From contig NW_019218081.1 of NCBI RefSeq assembly GCF_002571385.2, forward strand, positions 256,006 to 320,005: 64,000 bases of DNA, in the 5' to 3' direction. Each line of letters begins with the position of its first letter. The stretch's first letter is position 1. Source of the stretch: Stylophora pistillata (lineage: Eukaryota). Shown one piece after another: positions 1 to 11,495 of the stretch. A model generated the notes under the pieces. The model saw only the letters and a program-made list of their open reading frames with translations, ran no database searches and was not told where the DNA came from. The position numbers and the translations under genes were made by a program.

Positions 1-620
1 GCAAATCGTCAACAAGCTATCAATAGCCAAAACGGTACAATTGTCATGCAAAAATAATATTCTAGCGTGCATTTGTTCTTGTGTCATTAATTTTGTCTAC
101 ATAATTAGAACTGTCATTCATAATCATGAATATTACCAAGAGAAAGCCCAGTTGCATAAACCTGACCAAACAAACGCGAATGTTTTCAAGTGAATTTATT
201 ATACTAGATTCAAACAGTACCAGTATATGGGAGCAAATACGTGTATATCTAGTTAATCGTATGTGAATTAACGCTGAAACCTCCCAATTTAAATAACAGA
301 AAACTTTTGTAAAATAAAACTAACTTCCGACAGGTTAAAATTCATGTTCAGCTTACATAATTTAATGTCACCACGAAAATTCACACCACATTGAATTACA
401 AATTCTACGACTTCTTTTCAACAGTTTCGATTTGAAAAACCACACTTACAGAAATGCTAAGTTTAAACCATAAACAAAGTAAGTCTCTTGGAATTCATCC
501 CGGTAGTTTGTAAATTTCACTTCATTCGCTGCTTCATTTCAAGGTTTTAGTGGTAAATATTTCTGTAGTGGCGACATGATTAGTAAATCATCTGTCTAAC
601 ATGTAGAGAAAACTTCAAAC

Positions 621-869
621 CTGGTCTATGTACTTCCTCCAAAGCGGGGTATCCTCAACCGCATCGAATTCATTCAGCCCGTGGAGCTTTCTTCTTCTCT
701 CAACCTCATCGTTGTTCAAACCATGTACCGGATCACTCCGAAATTGTTTCAAAACTTCCTCGACCGATAGCGAGGAAGCCTTTGCCGACGAAATTACAGT
801 GGACATCATCCCTACATCGCTATCCTCTTCAGAGTAGTCCTCCTGCTTTAGCTGAACGTAAGTACCCAT
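621..869 (-). CDS. ATP2C1: Secretory pathway Ca2+/Mn2+-ATPase (SPCA1), first coding exon; gene continues beyond the window start
   Basis: VISSAKASSLSVEEVLKQFRSDPVHGLNNDEVERRRKLHGLNEFDAVEDTPLWRKYIDQ matches the SPCA N-terminal cation-ATPase_N region; donor CAG|GTTTGA at 621/620. Confidence 0.85.
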
Positions 870-1969
870 ATTGCAGCCAAATCGCTATGCACTTCGCCAT
901 GATTCCGCTAGCATATTGGCATAGATCACAGAACACTTACAGGAGGTTGGACGGTCACAAAACACAAATTATTTGCATTTCCCAACATGCATCGAGGGTT
1001 AGAAAATCTTGGGACACTGGGTCGAGTAAAGGATCGGAGCTGACAGGTGCCTTCTCGTACGCTCTAAAAGAACGACAAGAGCACCTCTCTTGAAAAGAAT
1101 GAGAAAATTAACAATTTCCGGTATTTTTTCCAATAGCACTTGATCGATTCTCGAAAAAGTTTCTCTAACAGAAATGTTACTACCCCTTTTTGTAAGAAAA
1201 GTGTCATGAGCTTGGGTTGCCCGTGTTCTTCCAACGAAGAGGGGAAGGGTTTAAAGTCAAATCCATCTTATCACCCCTTAAAATTCAAGTGAAGTTAAAG
1301 TTTATTTCTCACCTATGAAAATATCACCTCTAAATAATTACAATGTGCACCTAAGATATTTACAAAATTCCTTTTATTGATTACAAAATCTTCCATAAAA
1401 ACTGTGTATTTCATAATTTTTAAATTCCATATACAAATTGTTAATCATAAATTAAGTGGCATATAATAATTTTTTCAAAATATTATTTATTTGAATATGT
1501 TGTTCATTAGCCTCCAGTACACGAAAATTAGAGTTGATTTGAGTTTGAAAACCATAAATGTTCTTAGAAACTTGCATTAGGTACACTGCCATGGTGACTA
1601 AGAAAGTCAACAAAAAAAAGTATTTATTTCTGTGACATATTTGGAGGGAATAATAAAAAGAAACTTGAAGGTAAGTCTCATTTAATATGCTACCATAAGG
1701 AAACAGTGAGTTCAAAGTAAAAACAAATAAATTGCCCCGGAAAACATGAGTAACCATCACAACCATTTTCATAAATGAATTTGATTGTTCAAGAGATCAG
1801 CAGAGCAAAGTGATGCAAAAAAAAAAAAAAAACCCAATCCATGATTACTTTCCATACTCAATTGGAAATTGCTCAAATACTAATTACTATATAAGTTAAA
1901 GAGATTGGACAAGAAGTCAGTGTTAAAAATACATTTGAGCCTTGCTGAGCCTTGGACAAATTCTTCTTT

Positions 1970-3475
1970 TTACAGCACCCATGGAGTCCATACATTACCA
2001 TGCAGCTCTGGTAAAGATGCTGGATCTGGGGCCGGGTAACGCACTGGTACAGCTGTGGCATTGTACTCCTTGAGCCTAAGCATTAAAGTATTCACCATCT
2101 CTGGATAAACCTTTGAAAGTTCATTTCTCTCTTCTGGATCCTCTCTTATATTGAAAAGGAAGGTACTGTTTATATTATCAAAATAATTTGGTGCATACTC
2201 AATGGGATAAGAACTCTCTGGGGGTGGAATCCAACTTCCATTCCCTGGACATCCTCTTAAGAGCTTCCAATCACCAACTCGTATGGCAGCTTGTCTGCAG
2301 TGCTTATATGGCTCAATGTGAGAGTTCCAGTAGGCATCAATGGGGTCAATATTATGCAAGATCTCCTTCCTTGGTGAAGGTTCTCCATTACTCAAAGTTT
2401 CCCAAACATTGTAACCATCTAAAGGTAGATCCTCAATGGAACCTCCTGATAGGTGGACAATTGTTGGAAACCAGTCAGTGACATGGATTAGTTCTGAATT
2501 AACCTGTCCAGGTTTTGATAACAGTTTGCTGTACACAAGACCTATACCCCTCATTCCACCCTCCCACAGTGATCCTTTCCATCCACGCAGAGGAAAGTTG
2601 TTACCGCCTTCTAATATCTGTCCACCATTGTCCGTACTGAAGAAAAGTACTGTGTCATCCCACAAGCCATGTTCCTGTAGGGCCTTTGTTATGTTACCAA
2701 TCCCTTCATCCATGCAGGTAACCATGCCTGCATAGGTGCGGCGAGCATGGTTGTCAATATCTTTGTATATCTCTGTGTATTGTTCAGGTACCTGCAGGGG
2801 TGAATGAACAGCTTGATATGCGACAAAAAGGAACAAAGGTGTATCTGGATCGTGAGAAGAAATTATCTTAACTGCTTCATCAGTGAATAGGAATGTTGAA
2901 TAGTTCCCTGCAACATCAGCAGCGACTTCTTCATTTCTCCGCATGTCATACCCGTTTAGAACAACGTATTCGCTTGAAGGATATCCGAAGGTATTATTAT
3001 GAGTATAGTAATCTTCTCCACCCGTCAAGTATCCAAAAAACGAATCGAAACCTCTCTGAGTTGGAATGAACTCTCTTTTGTAGAATCCAATATGCCATTT
3101 TCCAATCATGTGAGTACTGTAGCCACTCTCTTTCAGCTTACTCGCGATCGTAGTTTCATTTTTAGGCAATGCATTCGGCTGAGATGGCCAGATTATCCCG
3201 TGCTGTAAGCCAGTGTGAATCTGATACCTACCGGAAAAAAGCTGACTTCGAGTTGGCGTACAAATTGGTTGCACATAGTAGTTCTCCAAGCGCACTCCAT
3301 GGGCTGCCAAACTGCTGAGAAAAGGAGTTTTTATGAGTGGATTGTGATAACTGATATCATTAAAGCCATAATCATCGGCCAGAATGAACACTATGTGCGG
3401 TGGTTTTCCAGAAGCAATTTGTAAGCTGAACAGGAACACTAATGTTACGAAACCCTCCCCCATTTTCATGACCAC
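1970..3475 (-). CDS. ARSB: Arylsulfatase B-like sulfatase, single coding exon, 501 aa
   Basis: Signal-peptide-like N-terminus, PHIVFILADDYG, formylglycine motif CTPTRSQLFSGR, GYSTHMIGKWHIG, STDNGG, NFPLRGWKGSLWEGG, C-terminal GNVWTPW. ARSB versus ARSI/ARSJ orthology was not tested. Confidence 0.9.
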   Translation of the reverse strand: MVMKMGEGFVTLVFLFSLQIASGKPPHIVFILADDYGFNDISYHNPLIKTPFLSSLAAHGVRLENYYVQPICTPTRSQLFSGRYQIHTGLQHGIIWPSQPNALPKNETTIASKLKESGYSTHMIGKWHIGFYKREFIPTQRGFDSFFGYLTGGEDYYTHNNTFGYPSSEYVVLNGYDMRRNEEVAADVAGNYSTFLFTDEAVKIISSHDPDTPLFLFVAYQAVHSPLQVPEQYTEIYKDIDNHARRTYAGMVTCMDEGIGNITKALQEHGLWDDTVLFFSTDNGGQILEGGNNFPLRGWKGSLWEGGMRGIGLVYSKLLSKPGQVNSELIHVTDWFPTIVHLSGGSIEDLPLDGYNVWETLSNGEPSPRKEILHNIDPIDAYWNSHIEPYKHCRQAAIRVGDWKLLRGCPGNGSWIPPPESSYPIEYAPNYFDNINSTFLFNIREDPEERNELSKVYPEMVNTLMLRLKEYNATAVPVRYPAPDPASLPELHGNVWTPWVL

Positions 3476-3889
3476 TGAGAGTGTTTGGTCTTACAGGATG
3501 TGACGTTTTTCTTTGTTATTCTTTCTATTGTTGTATTCATTTCATTTTATCTTGTCTCTCCATTGCGTTACGCCTTGTGACCCTTACGTACGTGCGCGCT
3601 TAGTCACATGATTTAAATGCTTCAGTCTCACACGTGTTTACTGGTGCGCCCTCGTTGTTTGTGAAATCTCTTTTTTTTAGTGTTTGGTTCGCACAGAATT
3701 TTTCATCGTTTGTGTAGCCCGTTTTGTGACCGTTTACGACTATCGATTGCGGTCGACGATTCAATAAATTTTACAGCCAAACGCGTTGATTGCCGTGCCA
3801 CCCTCACTAGAGAGAGCGACATATAGTATGTCATGTAACGAACACTCAATTATCTTTTTCCTGATGCATGACGATAAAACAAAACCAAC
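3476..3889. promoter_or_regulatory. Putative bidirectional promoter (ARSB / C20orf96-like)
   Basis: Divergent ATGs 414 bp apart; CpG-rich; GTCACATGA (3603-3611), CACGTG near 3631, TGCGCGC near 3594. Confidence 0.55.
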
Positions 3890-4864
3890 ATGGCGACTGC
3901 TGGAGGATTCACGATATATCGTTCAACTCGGAGCGACTCTCAAAGAAGTGGGCAAACTGCGCTTTCAAGCCCCAGAGGATGGGGTAAGCAAGCAGTTCAG
4001 AGACTCAACTCAAAGGAACAATTCAAGAACGACCCACTTCTTAAAACTTTAGAAGGCAAAATTGCCGTCAATTTTGGTGATTATAAACCATGGCAACGCA
4101 CTAGGCAGTCAAGATTTCAGAACGAAAGACAGACCAGAAGAAGTGCCAGTCGTCCTTTGTCTGGGCAAACTATGGTATCTGTTGGAAGTGCTCCTGGACT
4201 TTCACGAGAAGAAACAGTGAAAAGAGGACCGCGGCCATTTAGTGCAGCCACGAGTACGGCTTGCTCTACAGTTTGAAATCACCCATGGACGAAAAAACCC
4301 GGCCCAGTTATTGACGATGGTGAGGAGAGGCGAAGGCAAAATGTGCTGTCAGTATTAAAGGTATTTCGTAATAAGTGTTCTGGCCAAGCTATTCTATGTA
4401 TAAAGCAGTATTAATCCAGGGCTAGGAATTTCAGTTTCAATGCACCACAATGGACCACAATGACAACTACTGGTTCTACCAGTAATTGTGTTATCCAATA
4501 AAGTCATTATCTTATCTTATCTTATCTTATCTTATCTTATCTTAATGCATGTTCATTTGACTTACAGCTGGATATGATTATATTTATACCTAAGCAAGTC
4601 AAACAATGACAACAAACAAACAACAATAAAATTAAGAACATTTTTGATCAGTAGCAATAATAAATGTTTGCTTATTTCCACACAGATTTGAAAGGGGAAG
4701 GGTAGGAAACAAGAGTTTGAACTTGTTTTGCAGCAGTAGTAGTAATTTAGTATTGTTTAACAACATCAGTGAAAAAATTTTAAAAAATCATCATCATTAT
4801 CACAACCAGCAACAAACTTTTGCATATTTTCACACAGGGTGGAAATCAGTGGGGAATAATAATA

Positions 4865-4928
<64 letters not shown>

Positions 4929-5061
4929 CACCTTTATTTAGACATGATAATGTTTAAAGCTGAACAGCTTGTGGGGTCGTGTGTAAATGCAAATAAACTC
5001 TAAATGATGATGGTTTATGAGGAGAGAGGAAAACCGGAGTACCCGGAGAAAAACCTCTCGG

Positions 5062-5092
<31 letters not shown>

Positions 5093-5126
5093 GTTAGGAC
5101 ACTGGGTCCGGGAATCGAACCTGAGA

Positions 5127-5159
<33 letters not shown>

Positions 5160-8100
5160 TGCCAACCCTGTTCCCCTCTTCACTATTTATCACACTTTGT
5201 TTGCTCCCATTTCCTTTCCAGTTTGCTTCCCCATCTGTTTCCATCATGTTTACATCCTCAAGTCAATTGGCTCAACTCAAATAATTCCAGGACAAAAAGA
5301 TTGCAATAAAGATAAATAAATACATTAAAATAAACTATTTATCTAGTAATATTCATTTCTCAGTAGTGCTGTAGCCCGATCACTGTGTTACATTTTTGAG
5401 AAAGATATGCAGTGTTTCTTTATCCACAAATATTAGATTTAATGGTATGTTCAAAATTTTAGGCAAACTTTTACAGATTGCAGGAAGCAGGTAAAAGACA
5501 TACCCATGGTTAAAATCTTAGGGAAAGTTTACTAAACAGTGTACTGTTCTTAATTCCCCAGATTCAAATTAAAACAAGACAGAAATCAATAGCTGAATAT
5601 GAAAGCAGAAAGAAGGACCTGTATCCTTTATAGATTTTGATATTTTGTTTTGATAAAACCTTCTTACTGTGTCAACATCATAGATTTGTCTTTCTTAGTA
5701 TTTTGGATGCCCTTTATTTTGAGGATGTATTAATATCTTCATATACAAGTAACAAACAGTTTTGAAGTCTTGCCATTGGACAGAAGCAGCCCTTAATTTA
5801 CACCCTATTATATATTATTATGTATATTTTCCATACTGCTCTCCCTATATTTCCTAAAGTGCTGTCAAGAAGAGCTTGTCTACATGTAACAACTGCAAGC
5901 CTTTTAAGCAGGTGGTCATTTCCTTCTTTTATTCTCATGACCTAAATGTATGATTCAGGGTTGTACTGTAAGGATAAATTAGATGCTAGTCACTCTTGGA
6001 AGTCAAAGAGTCAAACATTAGTGTAAATTTATGAACACTGGGGTATTTCAGGGAGACATGGTGGCCTTTTTTGTTGATCTCCTAGACTCCAAATTGAAAG
6101 GCTTTGGTCCAAGAACTTGCAGAGGTAACTATCTCCTGTGCTCTTGTGTAAAACCCTCTTCTCCTATGGTACAAACACTTCAATGACTTTGCCAATCCTT
6201 AACTGTTTCACCAGACTTATAGAAAACATGAAGATCACTGATGAGATTGAATCATCAGAGAACAGCATTGTGAGTTAAACTTCTGTATTTTCTTACAATC
6301 TTGTTTTGGTTCTTTTGTCAACTCGTGATAGTATAGAAAACAGTTTATACCATCACTGGTTTGAATTTCAACTAGAGCCTTTAATGTATACTTTTACTGT
6401 TCATTTCATTTTTCAGCATGAAGATGTGAAGTCCCTACTGAAGAAATATGAAAGATTCAGGGTAAGGTGCATTAACCTGAAATTTAATTTGAAATATTTT
6501 TTAGTCAGGCTATGACTAGGAAGATTGTATATAAAAGCCAGCTTATGGCAATCTTAACTAGTTACTTTTGATTATTGTATTTAACGGTAGTATAGCTATC
6601 AACTTCACCTTTTGACTTTTGTGAGTGGCAACGATCACCAAGACTGAATTTCTCCTTACAATGTCAATTTAATATCAAGAAACAAGTGATGAGAGATAAA
6701 CAAATATGTTAATCAGGGAATTATTAGCTGATCTGATACTAAATTCTCAAAACTAATATCTTAAGAATTGCATGGCAGACAGTAAGCAGAATTAGTGATA
6801 AGATCTTGGGAGTGAGAGGGTTAAGGAGTTTCTGGGAAGCATGATAAATTGATTATGAAAACTTACTCAACAGTCTTCTTAACAGCAACACATACAAAGT
6901 TAATACCTAAAAAAAACTCTCTTTCTTAACAGCAACAGCCTACAAAGTTTATACCTAAAAAAAACTCTGTTTCTTAACAGCAACACCCTACAAAGTTAAT
7001 ACTTAAAAAACTCTGTTTCTTAACAGCAACACCTCACAAAGTTTATACCTAAAAAAAACTCTGTTTCTTAACAGCAACAGCCTACAAAGTTTATACCTAA
7101 AGAAAACTCTGTTTCTTAACAACAATACCCTAAAAAGTTTATACCTAAAGAAAACTCTGTTCCTTAACAGCAACATGTACAAAGTTTATACCTAAAGAAA
7201 ATTCTGTTTCTTAACAGCAACACCCTGCAAAGTTTATACCTAAAGAAAACTCTGTTTCTTAACAGCAACACCCTGCAAAGTTTATACCTAAAGAAAACTC
7301 TGTTTCTTAACAACAACACCTTACAAAGTTTATACCTAAAGGAAACTCTGTTTCTTAACAACAACACCTTACAAAGTTTATACCTAAAGAAAAATCTGTT
7401 TCTTAACAACAACACCTTGCAAAGTTTATACCTAAAGAAAAATCTGTTTTTTAATAACAACACCCTACAAATTTTATACCTAAAGAAAACTCTGTTTCTT
7501 AACAACAACACCCTACAAAGTTTATACCTAAAGAAAACTCTGTTTCTTAACAGCAACATGTACAAAGTTTATACCTATTTAGAAAACTCTGTTTCTTAAC
7601 AGCATCACCCTACAAAGTTTATACCTAAAGAAAACTCTGTTTTTAACAACAACTCCTTACAAAGTTTATACCTAACGAAAAATCTGTTTCTCAACAACAC
7701 CTTACAAAGTTTATACTTAAAGAAAAATCTGTTTTTTAACAGCAACACCCTACAAAGTTTTATACCTAAAAAAAACTGTTTCGTAACAGCAACATGTACA
7801 AAGTTTATACCTAAAGAAAACTCTGTTTCTTAACAGCAACATGTACAAAGTTTATACCTAAAGAAAACTCTGTTTCTTAACAGCAACATGTACAAAGTTT
7901 ATACCTAAAGAAAACTCTGTTTCTTAACAGCAACATGTACAAAGTTTATACCTAAAGAAAACTCTGTTTCTTAACAGCAAAGCAACATGTACAAAGTTAA
8001 TACCTAAAAAAAAACTCTGTTTCTTAACAGCAACAGCCTACAAAGTTTATACCTAAAGAAAACTCTGTTTTTTTAACAGCAAAACCTACAAAGTTTATAC

Positions 8101-11100
8101 CCATAGAAAACTCTGTTTGGTTGTTCTGTTATGGGACAAGTTTTTTTCCTTTTTTTTTTTTTTTTTTTTTTTCAGCATTTGACTGGTAATTGAATAATCA
8201 AGTTATTCCTCCTTGACAGGGTGCCATGTCAACATTAAATGAGAAGTTTGATAAAAGCCTAATAATAACAAAGAAGAAACTGGAGGAGACAAAAGTATTA
8301 GTTGATAAAGAAGTAGCAGGTACAATAAGTAATTATAAATGTCTTTACCTCAATGTGAAATAGAAAATTTTTGAGAAATGTGAGCAATTGTCATCATTCA
8401 GTGAAGTTTGTTCTAAAAAAATTAGAATCTTAATCATTTTTCCTGAACTACATGATTTACCTTAAGGGTGAAGCCATCCTATGGACAACACTACTGTATT
8501 CATTTCCCTTATTGAGTTGTACTGTGTACTTTTGTTGTAGATTTACAGTGCCAACTGAATGTAATGGACAGAAAGTTGACACAAAAGAGGGAAGAAATGA
8601 ACATACTGCTAAACTATAAGGCAAGCTGAAAATGTTAGAGAGTGAGGCAATTTAACAGCAATTCCAGGGTAGAAAGCTTTGTAAATTTGGCAATCATGTT
8701 AATTTATGACCAAACATTATGAGAGCAAAAGGGGGGGAGGGATTCCATCTAATGTGAAGTTTTTATCTTTATTCTTCAGGGTTCATTATGGAATTTTTAC
8801 TGACGTAGGTGTACAGCACCAAGGGCTTTAACTACACTCTAGCTTTCAACGCATTTGATATGGTGGTTTGCAGTCCTTGTCGGGGTCACCTTCACTTTGA
8901 CAATTACACTGCACCATCAAATCCCCAGATTGTTAAACTTAGTATTGTGAAATGTTATGGAAATTGAATACTTGTTTTTTAATGCTTTTTGTATATGCCT
9001 TTTTTTGTGTGTATGTTATGCTAGGATAAAGAGTATCCTGCAAAGGCACTCCAAATAGCCAAACTGAAGAGGCAAAGGGAACATTTAGAGTCAACATTTA
9101 AGGTTAGAATGATTTTTCACAAGACTTAAGACATTTCATTACACTTAAGTAGATAGTATCATACCAAGTAATACTTATTTGGTAAAAAAAATGTGTACCC
9201 AGAGATTTTGAGACATTTTAGGATACTCATTGTTAGGATTTGGAGGTAGACTTATTGTTTTTGTGTTATGATGGAGCGAGGTGTTAAATTTTTAGCCTAA
9301 TGACCAAAAAAAAAAATGATGTTCTTTCCAGTTAGTGGTACAGTCCTACTCAGAACGAAAGAAATTCTGATGTATTAAGGGCTGGTCAAAAGATATTGAA
9401 GGAATACAGTTACATTCGCTTTGAGTATTATTATGTTCTCTTTCTCTTCAAATTTTTTTTTTCTTGATGTCATTTTACCAGGAAGAACTAGAAGACTTAC
9501 AAGCTATAGCTAATGCTGAGAGAGATAAATTCAATCAACAAAGAATAACTTTCCAGCAAGAAATAACAACTCAAGCAACAGAGGTATGTAAGAAGTTCAA
9601 AGTCCAACATTCCTGGCTAAGTATCAAGGAGACTGGTTATGATGTATTAAGGGGTTAGGAGTAGGTGACCACAGAAAAAAATTGGAACAGAAGTTTTGGT
9701 AAGAGTTGCCTCTTGTTTTATGATGGTTGCAGTGCATCCTATCAAGCCAATGGAGATTTAATTTGGATATATCAACAAAGCTGAAATGGTAAATTGGCCA
9801 CCGTAACGATTACAAAAGCTGACGTTTCGAGCGTTAGCCCCTCATCTTTCGCTCCGACGAAGGGCAATCGCTCGAAACGTCAGCTTTTGTAATCGTTACG
9901 GTGGCCAATTTACCATTTCAACTTTGTTGATATATCCAATTTATTTCGTTACCCCCACCGACGCAGCCCCGAACAGTTTCTTTAGAAACTATCAGCCTTT
10001 ATTCAATGGAGATTTAGGCTATGAGAGCAACTGATTATTCATGAACGATCTTAACAATCTGTGTATGCGAAATGAAAGTAGTTGACCGTCTGACTTTTGC
10101 TAATAAAAAAAGCGCAGAAACCCGGTAACAGTCTTTAACACACTCTTTAAATTTCCTTGAACATTCTCAGGATACAATCAATGCTATGGGGGATGACATT
10201 AAAGAAATGGCTTTACAAAATATGATCATGAAAAAGGTAACTTACATGTGTATATGTATCATTTTCACCCAATTGACTTAATTGTTCAGCTGTTGTTTAA
10301 ATCATTTTGGGGTAAAATAATTCCACTTATGTTGATTTTATGTTCTTTATCTTAAGGAGGTTAAATTGCACAAAGAAGAGCTAAAATCCCTGGAAATGAA
10401 CAATGCAAAGTTGGAAGCTGAAATTAGGTATGTAGACTTAATATTAATTTGACAACTCTTGTAACTTCGTTATGCTGATGGAATTTCTTGTATTCACTCT
10501 TCCAACAGGAGACTCTTAGATAGCGAAGCCTTAGACACACAAGCTGAAATATTTCCTGAAGTGTTTGGAAAACGGGAAAAGTGAGTAACTTTTGTAAAGA
10601 ACTTTTTGTTAACCCTTTGTCCTATTGAAAGAGCTTTAAGTCAATTAAAACGGAAGGCAGTTTTAATGTTCATGTTAGGTTTATGCCAAAATGGCTTATT
10701 TTAACCGAATACCCTCTTGGTTAAAAGTTACATCCATTTCTGCAAGAGCTAAGGGTGGGAACTCTGGGTAGAGCATCCTCAATGCAAGAAACTATAGGGC
10801 TGTCCAATATCACGGATCGTAACGCGTCGTAAACCTGACTTATCGATCCGCACGATTCGTACTGGTCGTGTAATGTATTCTCGAGTCGTACGACCCATAC
10901 GATTCGTACAGATCGCCTTATGCACTTACGAGTCATCCGACCCGTATGATCCGTACAAAACGTGTAATGCATTCACGAGTCCTACGACTCGTACAACTCG
11001 TGAATGCATTAGACGATCATCAGTCACAGCGACCATGTTACCTTTTCAACCAATCCCACTGGAGTATCAGCGTACTTTGACCGGGGATCGAACCCGCTCT

Positions 11101-11452
11101 ACTGTAGATCCTCGTAACGACATGATTTTATGTTAGCTCTATCCAACCTGACAGCGTAGCAATTTTAGTGAAACATAAAAAGGTGAAAGGGTTAATAACT
11201 ATGGTAATAACTATCACCCTACCAATGATGATTACGATGATGATGATCATGATGATGATGATCATAATGAAAGGCGCCGTCAACAGTCTGGGTTGTTCTT
11301 CTATCCTTTAATTGATATTTTTATTTTGATTCTTTGACCATACCCACGTGTGTTGTTGTAAAGTAGTAACTTTACTTTTATTCTTTTCCAGGTGTACACC
11401 GGATATGGAGCTTCATCTTGATATACCAACCCACGACTGGCTTCCAATATGA
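3890..11452 (+). CDS. C20orf96: C20orf96-like coiled-coil protein, about 12 exons (approx. 3890-4360, 5562-5620, 6215-6269, 6417-6461, 8220-8319, 8541-8620, 9025-9101, 9482-9583, 10171-10236, 10357-10427, 10509-10580, 11392-11452); in-frame TGA at 4274-4276
   Basis: Phase-compatible exons give ...ILLNYK|DKEYPAKALQIAKLKRQ... and a C-terminus KCTPDMELHLDIPTHDWLPI*, resembling the C20orf96 C-terminal CTPDMDVILNIP motif (recognised from memory). Confidence 0.75.
4507..4543. repeat. (TTATC)n microsatellite
   Basis: About 7 perfect pentamer units. Confidence 0.95.
4855..5172 (-). mobile_element. tRNA-derived SINE with V-domain-like core and (TTA)n tail
   Basis: Minus strand: A-box GGCATAGTGG, B-box GGTTCGATTCC, core TTTTTCTCCGGGTACTCCGGTTT, LINE-like tail, and (AAT)n at 4855-4926. 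Confidence 0.8.
6876..8118. repeat. 47-48 bp minisatellite, about 26 copies, intronic
   Basis: Unit AAAGTTTATACCTAAAGAAAACTCTGTTTCTTAACAGCAACA(TGTAC/CCCTAC). Confidence 0.95.
9762..9992. mobile_element. Penelope-like retroelement terminal remnant: ~75-bp-arm palindrome with hammerhead-like motif
   Basis: Inverted arms TTGGATATATCAACAAAG...CTTTGTTGATATATCCAA; GCT-CCGACGA-A-GGGC-AATC-GCTC-GAAACGTC-AGC at 9851-9884. Same family as 29084-29411. Confidence 0.75.
10790..11125. repeat. CpG-rich unclassified insertion built from TCGTACGA/GATCCGTAC-type short palindromic motifs
   Basis: Abrupt CpG enrichment in an AT-rich intron, with recurring self-complementary motifs. Confidence 0.5.
11225..11270. 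repeat. (GAT)n imperfect microsatellite
   Basis: Direct reading of the sequence. Confidence 0.85.
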
Positions 11453-11495
11453 CATCTCTTCGAAATTTCTTTCTCCTTAGACAAATCAGAATCTA

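Noticed and set aside
4717-5319. Poly-Asn ORF and three overlapping short ORFs
   Set aside because: They derive from the (AAT)n tail and SINE body.
7164-7599. Repetitive ORFs (LLLRNRVFFRYKLC)n
   Set aside because: Translation of the 48-bp minisatellite; the frame breaks in the 47-bp units.
6876-8118. CRISPR-like array
   Set aside because: Contiguous tandem units with no unique spacers, no cas genes, eukaryotic intron.
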